From the NCBI RefSeq assembly GCF_009914755.1, contig NC_060928.1: 64,000 bases of DNA; one strand, written 5' to 3'. Both the position numbers and the translations under genes were made by a program. A model generated the notes under the pieces. It searched no databases. It worked only from the letters and a program-made list of their open reading frames with translations, and had not been told where the DNA came from. This document shows, one piece after another, positions 12,608 through 26,828 of this stretch (the first letter of the stretch is position 1; each line of letters starts with the position of its first letter). This DNA comes from the human T2T-CHM13v2.0 reference genome, Homo sapiens.

Positions 12608-14947
12608 ATCCCCCCAAAAGAAAAAATGGGCAAAAGATTTGAATAGACATTTCTCAAAAGAAACCATACAAATGGCAAAGGAGTATATATAAAAAAATCC
12701 TCAACATCACCAATTATTTGGGGAATGCAAATCAAAACCGCCATGAGATATCATCTCATCCCAGTTAGAATGACTACTATCAAAAAGGCAAAAAATGACA
12801 AATACTGGTGAGGATGCAGAGAAAAGGGAACGTATATACTGTTGGTAGGAATGTAAATTAATTCAGCCATTATGGACAACAGTGTGAGGTTTCTCAAAAA
12901 ATTACAAATAGAACTACTATATGATTCAGACACCCCAACTAGTGCGTACATATCTAAAGGAAATGAAATCAGTATGTCAAAGAGACATCTGTACTCCTAT
13001 GTTAGTTGAAGCACTATTTATATCAGCCAAGATATGGAATCAACCTTAAGTGCCTATCAACAGATGAATAGATAAAGAAAATATAAAATATTTACACAAT
13101 TAAATAAAATTCAGCCATAATAAAGCATGAAATCCCGTCATTTCTGGCAACATGGATGAGCCTAGAGAACATTATTTTAAGTGAAAGAAGCCAGTCACAG
13201 AAAGACAAATATGGCACAATCTTACTCATATGTGAAATCTACAAACATTGATCCAATAGGAGTAGAGAGTAGAATTGTGGCTACCAGAGAATGGGAAGGG
13301 TAGGGGGAGAGTGGAGACGTTGGGAAATGGGTAAGGAGTTACAGTTAGATAGGAGGAATAAGTTCTAATGTTCCATTTCACAGTAGGGTGACTTTAGTTA
13401 ACAGTAATCTATTGTATACTTCAAAATAGCTTGAAGGGAGGATTTTAAATGTTCTCACCATAAAAAATTATTAATGTTTGAGGTGACTGATATGCTAATT
13501 GTCCTAATATCATATATTATATACATGTATTGAAACATTATACTAAATCCCATAAATATGTACAGTTTTTATGTGTCAATTAAGAATAAAACAAAAAAGA
13601 AAGAATATAGGCTTAAAAAGAAATTAGCTCATATTTGTGATAAAAACATACCAGTATTTCTATTTAATATACATAACTATTTTTTCCTTTGAAATTTAAA
13701 GACTTTACTGCTTTGCAACATTATTTTTCCCTAGTGGACTATTTTTCTTTTGCTGCAGTTTTTCACTAAGTGAGCTAAGACAATTGAGAATAAAAGAAAT
13801 GTATTAAAGTTGGCAGCTGGTTGACTCCGTTTTACCTCATAGCTTTGCTTTTCTCTTCCTTGATATGTCAGACAGGGTTTGAGATGAAACTTTGTAAGAG
13901 AAATTCTGACAGAACATTAACTGAAAGTGTACGTGAATTAATTAAAGTTGGCTTATTTATGGGGATAAATTAGTTTGAAAATGCATTCAAAACTATTGTC
14001 TTCTCAGACTGATCAATAACTTTTTCCTTCTACTCCACCGTGATGGATACAGAGTGTCTATTATGTGTGAAAATTGATTCTAATCACCTACTATCATGTT
14101 ATGTATGTGAAAATTATTAACATAGTGTCTGACATGTAGTATTCTTCATTTTATTGTTCTCATATAAGTAATTTCTGAAGCAGCCTCTGTAGTGATCTAG
14201 CTTCTTGCCAATAAATCCAACAAAAAAAGCATCTTGTTTGATTAGTAGACATTCTTATTACTAGAATTTTTTTTCTTTTTGAAGTCAAAATCTCACCGTA
14301 ATTTCCAACAAGTAATTCTAGTTCTGTTCTGTTAAGGAACTCAAGTCAAATATTTGAGAGAATATATTCTTCTAGTTTTCTCTTTTCCTAAGCCGAACAG
14401 CAATAGTTTCTTTAAACGACTCTCATATAACATTTCAGTTCTCATACCATCTTTTAAGTTATAGTAATAAAATATTAAGTTGGAACTAGGTGACACATAT
14501 ATGCCACATTTGCCACTTCTTTCTTATTTTATAATACATTTTCTGCTGTGGTAAAATACGACTTTAGAATCTCTCTTAATACAGCATTTCAATAAGCCAA
14601 TCTAATTTTAAGTTACTGTAGCAAGGCTCAAGGAATCTTAGTAAATTACCCAAGCTGGTGAAGCTAGTTGTGATAGTCTGATATCAACTTCTACTTCTAC
14701 TTTATTGCCAACTTCTCTTCTAAGTAAACTCCAGTACTTACCTACCTTGTTAAAACCAGTGCCATGTTTGGTGTTTTTCAGCATGGTTTGCAATCTATAA
14801 AAAACCTGAAGAAACTTAAAAGTTTGTAAAGAAGGAAACTACTGAATACATTATGGTCTTCATTTTACTTTTGAAAATAATTAGATTTATATGAATAGAC
14901 CTAAAAAGATATAATGACAAATGAAAAGATAGATCCAAAATGATATA

Positions 14948-15014
14948 GCCCTGGTATGGCAGCTCATGCCTGTAACCCCAGCACTTTGTGAGGTCAAAGT
15001 GGGAGGACTGCTTG
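14948..15014 (+). mobile_element. Alu left-monomer fragment (FLAM/AluJ-like)
   Basis: gctcatgcctgtaaccccagcactttgtgaggtcaaagtgggaggactgcttga, truncated. Confidence 0.8.
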
Positions 15015-16242
15015 ATATGTGTGTGTGTACTGTATGTACATATACTAGCGTATGTGTATATATACATGTAGATATCTGTAATGTTAACTTATGTTTATAC
15101 ACATTAATATTATAAATAACAAAATTAACATGTATAAATTTTATAATATATAAAATTTTGCTATATATACCAAAATTAATGTGTATAAACCTTTTGCTGG
15201 GTGACTATGAAAGGAAGATCTTGTTAGCATGATTGATTTTGTTTTAAAATAACAGAAACAAAAGGAAAAAATAAGAATAAAGGAGAAGGAAATATATTGC
15301 CTTGTGGAACTAAATATTGAATGAAGTGCTATATTTAGGCATGGATAAATAAGCGATATCACCTAGTCTTTGTTTTTCAATTTTCTAGCTTTGCTTCTTC
15401 AGGATATTTTCATTCTGCGAGGAGCTGCTCTCACTGACCAGAAAATAATGCCACAAACAACTTCAGCAACATCCTTACTACGGCCCATGATCCCACTGGA
15501 AGTGAAAGCATTGTTTCCTGTTGCTCAAGTAGAAATATCTTAAGGACGGTGGTTTCTGGAGACACTAAGATGATCTTCTTGCAGACTGACAGGCATCTAG
15601 ATATTTTCCCACCATTCCAATTCTTTCTTCACCTGAGAAGAGAGAGAATCCATTATTTGTCCTATTGCTTTTGATATATGGTTTGAAGTCTCTAGCCATT
15701 CTGCTAAAGAAGATAATTTTTATGCACTTAATAAATGGAAGAAAACATCTCCCTCTGTCTCTTTCTATATGTATACACACACACGTGTATAAACACTAAA
15801 ATTTAGAAAACACCATATTTTAGTGTATGTAATGATGTATACTTCCTGTATTTTGGTGCTTTTCCAGGGAAAAGGAAAGAGAAAACAAAAGGAAATTGGC
15901 TTTCAGTGCCTTGAATGTGAATGAAAAGAATAGCAATTGGATTTCACAACCACTAATCGTCTGGTTTGGATAAGAAGGATCCTTTTTGCAGTTATCTGTC
16001 AGAGCTTGGCTAGGTAATAATCTTCCCTTTTGTCTGCCCATTTTAAAATGGTAGAGATCTTCACTGGCTGAGATGTCAGGAACAAAAGAAAAATCTCAAC
16101 AACAGAAGACAGAAAAAACTCTGTAGGCAATACTATTATGTAATATTGTCCCTTAGACAACAATAGATTTTGCTTAAAAATCCTTTTGAGTTATTTGTGT
16201 CTCGTTCTGTAGTCTTTAATAACTGCTTCAGAAAAAGAATTA

Positions 16243-16575
16243 CAGACAGTCCTCAACTTATAATGTTTAAATTTAGGGTTTTTTTTTCTGACTTTATAGT
16301 GGTATGAAAGCAATATGCATTCAGTAGAAACCATACTTTAAATTTTGAATTTTGGTTATTATTATAATAATAATCTTATTATAAAATAAGCTTTGTGTTC
16401 AATAAGTTCGCATAACTGTAGGCTAATGTAAGCATTCTGAGCACATTTAAGGTAAGCTGGGGAAGCTGTAATGTTTGGAAGGCTAGGTGTATTAAATGTG
16501 TTTTCAACTGAGGATCTTTTCATCTTATGATGGCTTTATTGGTACCAAATCACATCATAATTCCAGGAGCATGTG
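16243..16575 (-). mobile_element. MER47/Tigger5-type DNA transposon relic
   Basis: TA-flanked ends cagacagtcctcaactta ... ggagcatgtg; internal actgtaggctaatgtaagcattctgagcacatttaaggt. Confidence 0.8.
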
Positions 16576-17462
16576 TATATATTGATTCCCTTTTCTATCA
16601 ATACAGCAAATTAGATGTACAGCATTTAAAAATACTGTATAGGATGCTTAAAATATTTTAAAATCATTGATAGTAAGTAAAAGTAAGACAAATAAGAATG
16701 CAGAAAGGATGGGTAAATAAAACTGTAGAGAAGTAAAAATTCGAAGCTCACGTTTGCTCTAGGAAATCTGCTGTATCTTACTACATGAGGAATTTAAAAT
16801 GAATTTACTTTAAAAATAGCCTCAAAAATTCTGATACAAAATATATACGCAGTGTGTGATTGCAATTAAGAATCACAAACACCTGACCAAAAAGCCCTGA
16901 TATGAGAGACAGATAAACAACAAATTGCAGAATTAGAACTTATTTGAGTCTGTACTTTGAGAAGAGTAATATACAGCAGATTATTAATTGGGAGTTCTCT
17001 AAGTAAAACGTGTAAAAATATCTAGTAAAGTATATATAAAATATCTAGTAAAAGACCAGAAATGAGAGTATAACTTCCAGAGTAGTAAAAGTGAAGTGAA
17101 CAAACAAAAATAAATCAGTTCAACTGAATATAAGTAAGAGAGGTGGGGAGAAACATAGAAATACAGACAATTAGAAATAAAACATTAGAAGTTGGAGTAA
17201 ATCAGTAATGAAACAAAATCACTACAGGAACAGGAAGACTCTAAACCTTTGTGCACCTAATAACGTAACTTCAAAACAGATAAATGAAAAACTATCAGAA
17301 GTAAAAGGTGAAATACATGAATTCGCTAAACTAGTGGGTTTAACACATCTCTTTAAGAATTAATAGATTAAGCAGATTCCAATATCTGTAGAGTGACATG
17401 TACTGTCTAAGTGTCTGTGCTAATGTTATGAACAGTTATCAGCCAGTGTGAGTACCCACAGC

Positions 17463-17755
17463 TGTCTTAGTTCGTTTTGTGTTTCTGTGATGGAATACCA
17501 CAAACTGGGTAATTTATAAAACAAACAAACAAACAACAACAGATAGCTGCTTCCTACAGCTCTGGAGGCCGGGAAGCCTAAGGCTGAGGGGCCCACTCCT
17601 GGTGAAGGTTTTCTTGCTGCATTATCCTGTGGCAGAAGGAAGAAGGCCAAGGACCGGGAGAGAGCAATCAAGAGCTGAAATTGCTTTTATAACAAACTAC
17701 TCTCACAACAACAAACCCACTCCTGTGATAATTACATTCATCCATTTATGAGGGA
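17463..17755 (-). mobile_element. MaLR LTR (MST/MLT1A-type)
   Basis: tgtcttagttcg...ctgggtaatttataaa...ctggaggccgggaag antisense MaLR motifs. Confidence 0.75.
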
Positions 17756-18146
17756 AAAGAAGGAAACAGTCCAGACTCCCTTGTTAACACTGATACTGCT
17801 AATTTTTGGACAGTGATACACTACTAGCAAAAAAGCAGTCATATACAAATAAAGCAATACAGAATGATCAAGTTGGCTTTATCCAGGATGAAAAAGTAGC
17901 TCCACATCAGGAAGTCTGAAAATATAATTCATTGCACTTAAAAGATTATTTTTTAAAAAACGATCTTTTTAGAAGCAGAAAAGCCCTTCAAAAATTCAAC
18001 ATTAATTTATGATAATAACTTCTGAAGCTACAAGAAGCATTTAGTATGCATTAAGTTCCCTAAACCTCCTTCTTCGAAGAGAGCTTGACTAAAATTCCAA
18101 GGAGGCAGACGATAGTTTAACCAACATTTTAAATATCACATAATAA

Positions 18147-18462
18147 GGTCAGGCACGGTAGCTCACGCCTGTAAACCCAGCACTTTAGGAGGCTGAGGCA
18201 GGTGGATCACCTGAGGTCAAGAGTTTCAAACCAGCTTGGCCAACATGGTAAAACGCTGTCTCTACTAAAAATACAAAAATTAGCTGGGTATGGTGGCAGA
18301 CACCTATAATCCCAGCTACTTAGGAGGCTGAGGCAGGAGAATCACTTGAACTGGGAGCCAGAGGTTGCTGTGAGTCGAGATCATGCCATTGCACTCCAGC
18401 CTATGCAACAGAGCGAGACTCCATCTCAAAAAAATAAAATAAAATAAAATAAAAAATAAAAA
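18147..18462 (+). mobile_element. Alu SINE (AluS-type)
   Basis: Full dimer with A-rich tail; TSD aaatatcacataata / aagtatcacataata. Confidence 0.97.
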
Positions 18463-18967
18463 AGTATCACATAATACAGTTACCTATTTTTACACTAGTC
18501 AAAAAATATTTCTTAAAAGGGAATAATTTTCTGGTTGCTCTAGGATAAGAACCTCTATTTTTTCTAGGACAATGGTAGCTTTATACATCTGAATCTGTCC
18601 ACAGGACAATAAAGAGAGCAAAATAAATCCACAAATTATTATCTGCAACTACAGAAATAAATACAATATTTTATTCGAGCTAACTCTAGAGCTTAAAATA
18701 AAAGAATGAGAGCATGGTGGTTGGAGTTTGAGAAAAATGCACAGAAAAGAGGAAGAGAAAAGAGAAAACCCAACATTACTTACGAAATAGTGAAAAGTGG
18801 TCTAGAATAGTACAGATCATAGCATAGCTATTGGGGAAATCTGGTAAGTGCGGAGGAAGCTGGAAAGATCTGGATCGGTAGTCTCAGAAAGAGATATTTT
18901 TTTCTGAGAGTAAGTAAATGGAAACGGAGAGGCACTGTTGGAGATATGATGGTAAAGAAGAAGGAAA

Positions 18968-19502
<535 letters not shown>

Positions 19503-20040
19503 AAGTGGGAAATAAGTAGAAAATAAGAATCACACAAGAACAAAAGAGAATACTAACACACACCAAACCCTCCCAACCACCAAAAATGGTCACCCATTAA
19601 AGAAACTGCACCTCCCTATACGGATAGAAGTGAGTACTCCTAAAGTAGAAATATTGTAATGACTCCAAACAGTCAAACTGTCCAGAAATTGCAAAGAAAA
19701 AAATAGCTACAATTATACAAAGCTACTGTAAGAAAAAAAACAGAAAATGAAAATCACCATTTCCACTCTTGAAGTTTTCTACCCTGCAATTAGTTGAATG
19801 GACATCTACTTAGCTGTAATGGAATATATTGAGCTGTAAAAAGACTGAGAACAATCTCTATGAACTTATATGGAAAGATTTCCAGGACATTTTGATGAGT
19901 TAAGAAAGTAAAATACATGGAGCATACATAATATTCTACTTTTGTGAAAGAAACAAGGGGCTATAAGAATATAAACATATATCTGCTACTTTTTGTCAAA
20001 AGAAACAGAAGGGGACACACCAGAAACTAAGGTGTACTTG

Positions 20041-20335
20041 TTTTTTTTTTTTTTTTGAGATGGAGTCTCGCTCTGTCACCCAGGCTAGAGTGCAGTGGCG
20101 CTATCTTGGCTCACTGCAACCTCCGCCTCCCGGGTTCAACGATTCTCCTGCCTCAGTCTCCTGAGTAGCTGGGATTACAGGTACGTGCCACCATGCCCTG
20201 CTAATTTTTGTATTTTTAGTAGAGACGGGGTTTCACCATCTTGGCCAGGGTGGTCTTGAACTCCTGACCTCATGATCCATCCTCCTCGGCCTCCCAAAGT
20301 GCTGGGATTACAGGCATGAGCCACCGCGCCTGGTC
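20041..20335 (-). mobile_element. Alu SINE (AluS-type)
   Basis: Poly-T plus full antisense dimer. Confidence 0.97.
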
Positions 20336-20428
20336 CTATGTGGGGATGGGAGTGGGTTGGTGTGGTGGAAGGAAACAGAATGGAAAGGATGAAGGAAGTG
20401 ACGCTTCTTTGAATATAACCTTTGTTAT

Positions 20429-20962
20429 TGTCAGAGCTCAGAACAGATACCCAAAGTATGACGCTTTTTTTTTTTTTTTCAAGGTGAAGAAGATAGATGG
20501 GCCTCAGAAAGCAAGGAAGTCTCTCTGAACTTCTCCCACCTATTTCCCAAAGCAAACCATCAAACCTAGGAAGGTTACACTCTGACCTACCTATTCTGAG
20601 AGTAGGGTGTAAGACCATCATGTGACAAGTGTCCTGCCCCATTCTTGGAAGAAATGAATACTACACAAAGAAACCAAAAGAATGTGAACAAACAGGCCTT
20701 GTTGAGCTCAACCCCCAACTGTCAGCACCACCCCCCAGTTTGTTAAATTAGATCATATCTCCCTTTTTGTCCAATCATATTTCTCTACAATTATCCACTT
20801 CTTTCATCAGACATAGCATAAAAATACACAGTGTCTCAGGGTGTTTGGACCTTAATTTACGAAGAATTCCATGTCATGTAAAACTCTGATTAAATAAATG
20901 TTATGCTTTTCTCTTGTTAATTTGCTTTTGGTACAGGAGCATCAGCATGAACCTAATGATGT
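20429..20962 (+). mobile_element. ERV1 LTR, MER39-like
   Basis: Starts tgtcagagctcagaacagatacccaaagtatg; gaacaaacaggccttg; aataaatgttatgcttttctcttgttaat. Confidence 0.75.
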
Positions 20963-22075
20963 TATATTGAACATTAAATAGCTCAACACTATTTTTAAAT
21001 GGTAATCTTATCTAATTATTTAAAATACTGATTTGATGTGGTCAATGTTTATTTTTTGTTAAACATTTAGGTCTTTGAGATGATTGTGTACTTAACGATG
21101 ACACAGTACTTGAAATCATAATGCATTTATTAAGTATGATGAATAATGTCTGTATCAGTCTCTGATATTTAGTACTAGGATTAAAAATGCTGAGTTTTTT
21201 AGCTTTGCTTGTTGCTGATAGACCTAAAAGGCAATTTAAAAATTCATGTGGTGTACTGCAGAAAGACTCACAAAACTGACATTCAAAATTCATTATACAG
21301 AGTCTTTGAGTCACATTTCAAATCTCAGTTGTAATTTAACAGTAGAAGGTTTCATCAAATATTGGGTCCCCACGATATGTGACTAGCATCTCAAGCAAGT
21401 ATTCTGAAAACTGCCTCCTACACTAAGGACATGACAATCTCACACAAAGAATTGTTTATATACTGACTTTCCATGGCAATGCTTTTGGTTAAAAAAGAAA
21501 AAAAAAGAAAGGAAGAAAAGAATGAAGAAAGAAAAGGAGGAAAGAAAAGAAAAGGAAAAGGATTCATCAAATTCTCTCTATGGCTATCACAGTACATGTA
21601 GGACTGAGTACAATAGACTCTAGGGTCACATAAATCAAGGTAAAAATTTGTTAAGTCACTCTTTCTGTAAATAATATTATAGTCAAAAACTGTCAAACTC
21701 CTGATTAAAATTTTTAAACCCAAAAAAGGAACATTTAAGTATATTAACAAAAACTAGTGTTTTATTGGATTCAGTGAATTCTAAGTTCGTATGTATTTTC
21801 ATTCTTGACACTCTGCTCTTTAAAAAGTGTTTTCAAGAATGTATGTCATTTCCGTCTTTCCTCTGTTTTTCTCACATATCATTCCACATGTCCTGGATAG
21901 GACACTGGGATGCCTTTGTTATTATTATAGGATTTCACATATGATTGTAGTAAATAATATATTGCCTAGGCTTTTTTTTTTGTAAATACTTAATCACATC
22001 AAATATTCTAATGTATGATGTGTTAGATGAGTTCACATGTTTTTGGAAATGAATAAAGCTTTTTTTTGCATTCAG

Positions 22076-22109
22076 GAAATAAATACATGATCCAACAGCC
22101 CCAATATAG
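22076..22109 (+). other. Candidate 34-nt exon (unassigned)
   Basis: Acceptor ctttttttgcattcag and donor AG|gtaagt; no protein recognised. Confidence 0.3.
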
Positions 22110-22311
22110 GTAAGTAAAATAATTTTGAAAGATTATTTCTAGTTTTTATTTTATAACTCTATAAGAGTTCCTATAGTTTTTGCTGTTCACATTACGAAAT
22201 GATTTATTGATCACTCACATTTTTACTATCTTCAGAACACAGAAAATTTCATCATCATTTATTTTCTCAAATTTGGATTTTTGTCTTAAAACTGCATGGA
22301 AAATGTGACCA

Positions 22312-22441
22312 GTGTGACAATAAGTCCCAGTTTGTCTGAGACTATCCAGATGGCCAATGTTGTCTTGGCATGATTACTAATAGCATCCCTTTCACTCTCA
22401 AAATGTCCTGGTTTGTGATAATAAATTGTACAGTCATCCTA
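22312..22441 (+). mobile_element. MER94-like hAT DNA transposon relic
   Basis: gtcccagtttgtctgagac...ccctttcactctcaaaatgtcctggttt...gtcatccta. Confidence 0.7.
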
Positions 22442-22703
22442 CTCCTGATCTATTCATTCGATTTTAAATTATAAGAATTTTCCAAAGTGATATCTAGATA
22501 AATAATTGTCATTCGTGGTTGCACAGGAAATAAGGAGGGTATTGACCTTGGTAATTCCCAAAACTGTCAGGATTGTTATTGTTGCCAAGGTGAAACGTTT
22601 AGTGGCAATATTATCCTTAATCATAGGCTTTCTAGAAATAAAGTCAACTTTTGGAAATTCGTTAAACCATCAAAATCATTTGACCATTAAAAGGGCACTT
22701 TTA

Positions 22704-23014
<311 letters not shown>

Positions 23015-24700
23015 AAAAAGGCACTTTTGTGAATGGAAGATAAATTGAACGTTACCATTAGAAGGACATCAACATGCATGCATGCCCGTGACCTTGCCTC
23101 TGACAAAGAAAACCTCTTTCATTCCACACCAAACACTAACTAATCCCACAATTTTTAAAGTACAAGTTATCCAACAGTGCTGGGTTTGTTTCTTTATCTC
23201 TAAAAGATTTGATCCAGATCAGAGATTTTCTAATGTTGGTCTGCTAGCCACTGCTGATCAGTATGAAGTTTTCATCAGTCTGTTACATCATCTGCAGAAA
23301 TTAAATCATTTTTTTCTGAAGTTAAATTGGCTGAACATAAGCATTTAATGTTTAAGATTATATACTTATTATATTTTGATGTGGACATTGTATAAGGTAG
23401 TTGGCAAAACTTTTAATTTATTTGGCCCCATTAATTGATAAATTTTATTGAGCCTACCTATAGTTCATGTGTGTTAGTATAAAGGAGTGATTATGCGAAA
23501 GGCGGATAGGGTGAATTGGTAGATATTTTGCTCCAATAGTTGTGGCTCGCTCCATTTCAATGCATAGGGGCTCAGCTTTCAAGCCTTTATTCTTTGAATG
23601 TGTGCATTTGCATTGACTCTACTTACCTCCAGTGAAAACTAAATGCACAAAAGAGAATATCAGAATATTAGATCTAAATGAATAGCCTCCTTAGTATTTC
23701 ATAGGCCCAGTTACATATTAGGATTTGTGGAAACTAAGTGACTCAAAATTGTAACAGAGGTGAGCAGCTGTTGCTCAAACACCATTTTAGATTAGAGGCG
23801 CAGCCTTACAAAGAAGATAATAAATGTATTTTTCTCTTGGGAAAAGCATTTCTTTTTGTGAATGTCCAGGAGTGCTCTTTAAACTCAAAACAAAATTTTG
23901 TATGATGTGCTTTCCTTTATCTGGCTGATTGTTCTTGTATGACTGTTGGAATAAACACAACAGCACTATAGGAGGCCATCACACTGGCTTTCTGGAAAAA
24001 GATGAGCGGGCCAGAAAAAAAAGTCGAAAAGCTTTGACAGTACTGCAGGAAACCACTTCAATACTCTGGCTGACATAAAAGCCATTGAACGCATGAAAAG
24101 ACATACTATGAGTTCTATTAATAGTAAATGTAATGTATAAAAACGGGGGAAATGCCCACAGGAAGAGTTTGTGTATAAAAATGGTCACTAAATCTACTTT
24201 AATTCTTGAAGTTAATTACCAGTTTAGCATTCATTTTGAACAGAGAAAATAATATTAAAAATTGATGGCTGATCATCTTTTTGTCTATGAAAAAGTACAA
24301 GGACACAAAGCAAACCTGTAAATACAAATGTACTTGTGAAGTCAAAGTGATTTTACTTACTAAGCTATTAGTTAATCAACATTTACTGGGTACCTGCTCT
24401 ACAAAGGATGTGGTGAATATTCAAAGGGTTAACTGAGAAGTCTTTGATCCAGGCATTTTTCTTTAGACAACTAACATCTGGTGAAAAACTAAAGAGCAGT
24501 AGGGAGAAATATAAGATGTTGTGACAAGGATACATCACCCCGAATATGGCTTTTTGGCATAAGGATGATTTTGAGCTGATTATTTTGAGACCCAACAGAA
24601 ATAGACACTATGTCTATATATCTATATATATCTATGACATAGACACTATATCTATAGACATAGACATAGAAGCTATGAAAACAAAGTGGAAGTTACCCTT

Positions 24701-24760
24701 CTGCAAGAGAAATTTACATCTATAAAGAAATTTCCATTTGTAAGGATGTCTCTCTCTCTC

Positions 24761-24793
<33 letters not shown>

Positions 24794-24974
24794 ACCAGAC
24801 ACAGAAAAGGAAGACTAAATCACGGGAGATGTAGCCTGCAAGAGAAATTTACATCTATAAAGAAATTTCCATTTGCAAGGATGTCTCTGTCTCTCTCTCT
24901 CTCTCTCTCTCTGTCTGTCTGTCTCTCTCTGTCTATCAGAAACAGAAGGAAGACTAAATCACGGGAGATGTAGC
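24701..24974. repeat. Tandem duplication, two units of ~135-139 bp containing (CT)n
   Basis: Units 24701-24835 and 24836-24974 both run ctgcaagagaaatttacatc...cacgggagatgtagc. Confidence 0.95.
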
Positions 24975-25249
24975 AGGGAATCAGTGGAGAAGGCACCAAT
25001 TCAGATTTGCATAACAAACCTTATTGGTGTTTAGGGTACTTTTCCTGGACACCTTTCCATAACTGTCCTCCACTTCCTTCTCTCTTTTGTCTTTGACTGA
25101 AGATGGTATTTGAGCCTGAATTCTAAGCCACCTCTGAGAGTCACTCATTTTCCCTGGATATCTCCCATGTATACATGAGGAATATATGCTAATAAAATTC
25201 TATTTATTTTTCTCTTGTGAATCTGTCTTTTTGTTACGGGAGTGCCAGC

Positions 25250-25923
25250 TGTGAACCCAAAATTATCTGAGGCAGGTCTCAATCAATTTAGAAAGTTTAT
25301 TTTGCCAAAGGTAAGGCTGTACCTGGGACACAGCCTCAGGAGATCCTGACAACATGTGCCCAAGCTGGTCGGGGCACAGCTTGGCATATTACATTTTAGG
25401 GAGACATGAGACCTTAATCAATATGTGTAAGATGTATATTGGTTTGGTCCAGAAAGGAGGGACAACTTGAAGTGGGGGCTTCCAGGTCATAGGTGGATAA
25501 GAGACAAAAGATCGCATTCTTTCAGGTCTTTGATCAGCCTTTCAGTGAATACACAATTTACATTTGAGAGGCAGGTAGAGGAATCATCGCTTATGCCTTA
25601 GTCTGGCTCAGTAAATCTGCATTTTTACATAAGCAATAGGGTGGAGGAAGCACTCAGATACACATTTGTCTCAGGTGAGTACAGGGATGACTGAGTTTTG
25701 TTCTTTGCCTGCAACTGTGAAGATAAGCTATCAATTTACACTGCCAGGGTGAAATTCAACAGAACTGCTTTAGGGTAAAAATCTTGAAGCCCACAAGAAA
25801 TTTCCTTGTGGACAAATTGTGAGGAAAGTACATAGCTTTTTTTTTTTTTTTTTAATCTTCGTAGCTATCTTACTTAGGAATTAAAAGGGAGGTAGGTTTG
25901 CCAAGATTTATTTTCCTTTCACA
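25250..25923 (-). mobile_element. Solo MER4A-type LTR
   Basis: TG...CA ends, ggtctcaatcaatttagaaagtttattttgccaa motif, 4-bp TSD CAGC (25246-25249 and 25924-25927). Confidence 0.88.
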
Positions 25924-26192
25924 CAGCTGTGAAAGGAACTGTGAAGTATAGAGGGAAAATCATTTTTCTTTCCCTACAGTGTCATATTATTAGAATAAGG
26001 TCCATTTTATGGATCCTCGGTGGGGTGAATGTTTTGATTAAATAGTTCATAGAGGGCAGTTACTTATTAGAAAACACTGCTTGAGAGATACGAAATTTGA
26101 ACTGAGTTACAAGAAAGGGATTTGGATAGAATTTGGACAAATGAAAGACATATAAGGGAGGGGAAAAACTTGAGTGAATTCATGAAACCAAG

Positions 26193-26578
26193 TGATATGG
26201 TTTGGATTTGTGTCCCCGCCCAAATCTCATGTGGAATTGTAATCCCGAATGTTGGAGGAGGGGCCTGGTGGGAGGTGATTGGATCATGGGGGCAGATCTC
26301 CCCCTTGCTGTTCTTGTGATAGTGAGTGAGTTCTCACAAGATCTGGTTGTTTAAGAGCGTGTAGGACTTCCCTCTCTGCTCTCTTCTTCCTCCTGCTCCA
26401 GCCATGTGAAGACATGCCTGCTTCCCCTCTGCCCTCCACCATGATTGTAAGTTTTAGGAGGCCTTCCCAGCCATGCTTCCTGCACAGCATGGAACAGTGA
26501 GCCAACTAAACCTCTTTTCATTACAAATTACTCAGCTTCAGGTATTTCTTTATAGTAGTGTGAGAATGGGCTAATAGA
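26193..26578 (+). mobile_element. MSTA-type MaLR solo LTR
   Basis: tgatatggtttggatttgtgtcccc...ggctaataga; near-TSD ccaag/ccagg. Confidence 0.9.
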
Positions 26579-26828
26579 CCAGGCATGAGAATAACTGACA
26601 ATAAGAGATTGTAAGGAATATACTCCAGTTTGCATAATGTTAACTTCTAGATATTATCTTTTTGGTAAGTTTATGAAAGCAAAGAAAAATCAGAAAACAG
26701 AATTGTATGATATTAAGAGGAAATGCTCCCAAACTTTCCTATCTATTATTCATTCCTAGTTGGTGGCAAGTGTGGCATTTATTTTTCAGATATTTTCAGG
26801 GTTTATATGATCACGTCTATGATGTTTC

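Larger units (their letters stand above)
9515..13602 (+). mobile_element. 5'-truncated L1MA-type LINE (degenerate ORF2 plus 3' UTR), interrupted by the FTH1 pseudogene
   Basis: ORF2-like peptides in the ORF track ([34 protein letters not shown]); L1MA-type 3' end cccataaatatgtacag...aataaaacaaaaaag. Confidence 0.92.
24520..25978 (+). mobile_element. ERV1 (MER4-group) LTR with an internal tandem duplication, interrupted by MER4A
   Basis: ccccgaatatggctttttggcataaggatgattttgagctg near the start; aataaa...tctcttgtgaatctgtctttt; ends tttctttccctaca. Subfamily uncertain. Confidence 0.65.

Noticed and set aside
17016-17053. Short direct repeat aaaatatctagtaaa twice
   Set aside because: Small slippage duplication in AT-rich decayed L1-like sequence with no further structure.
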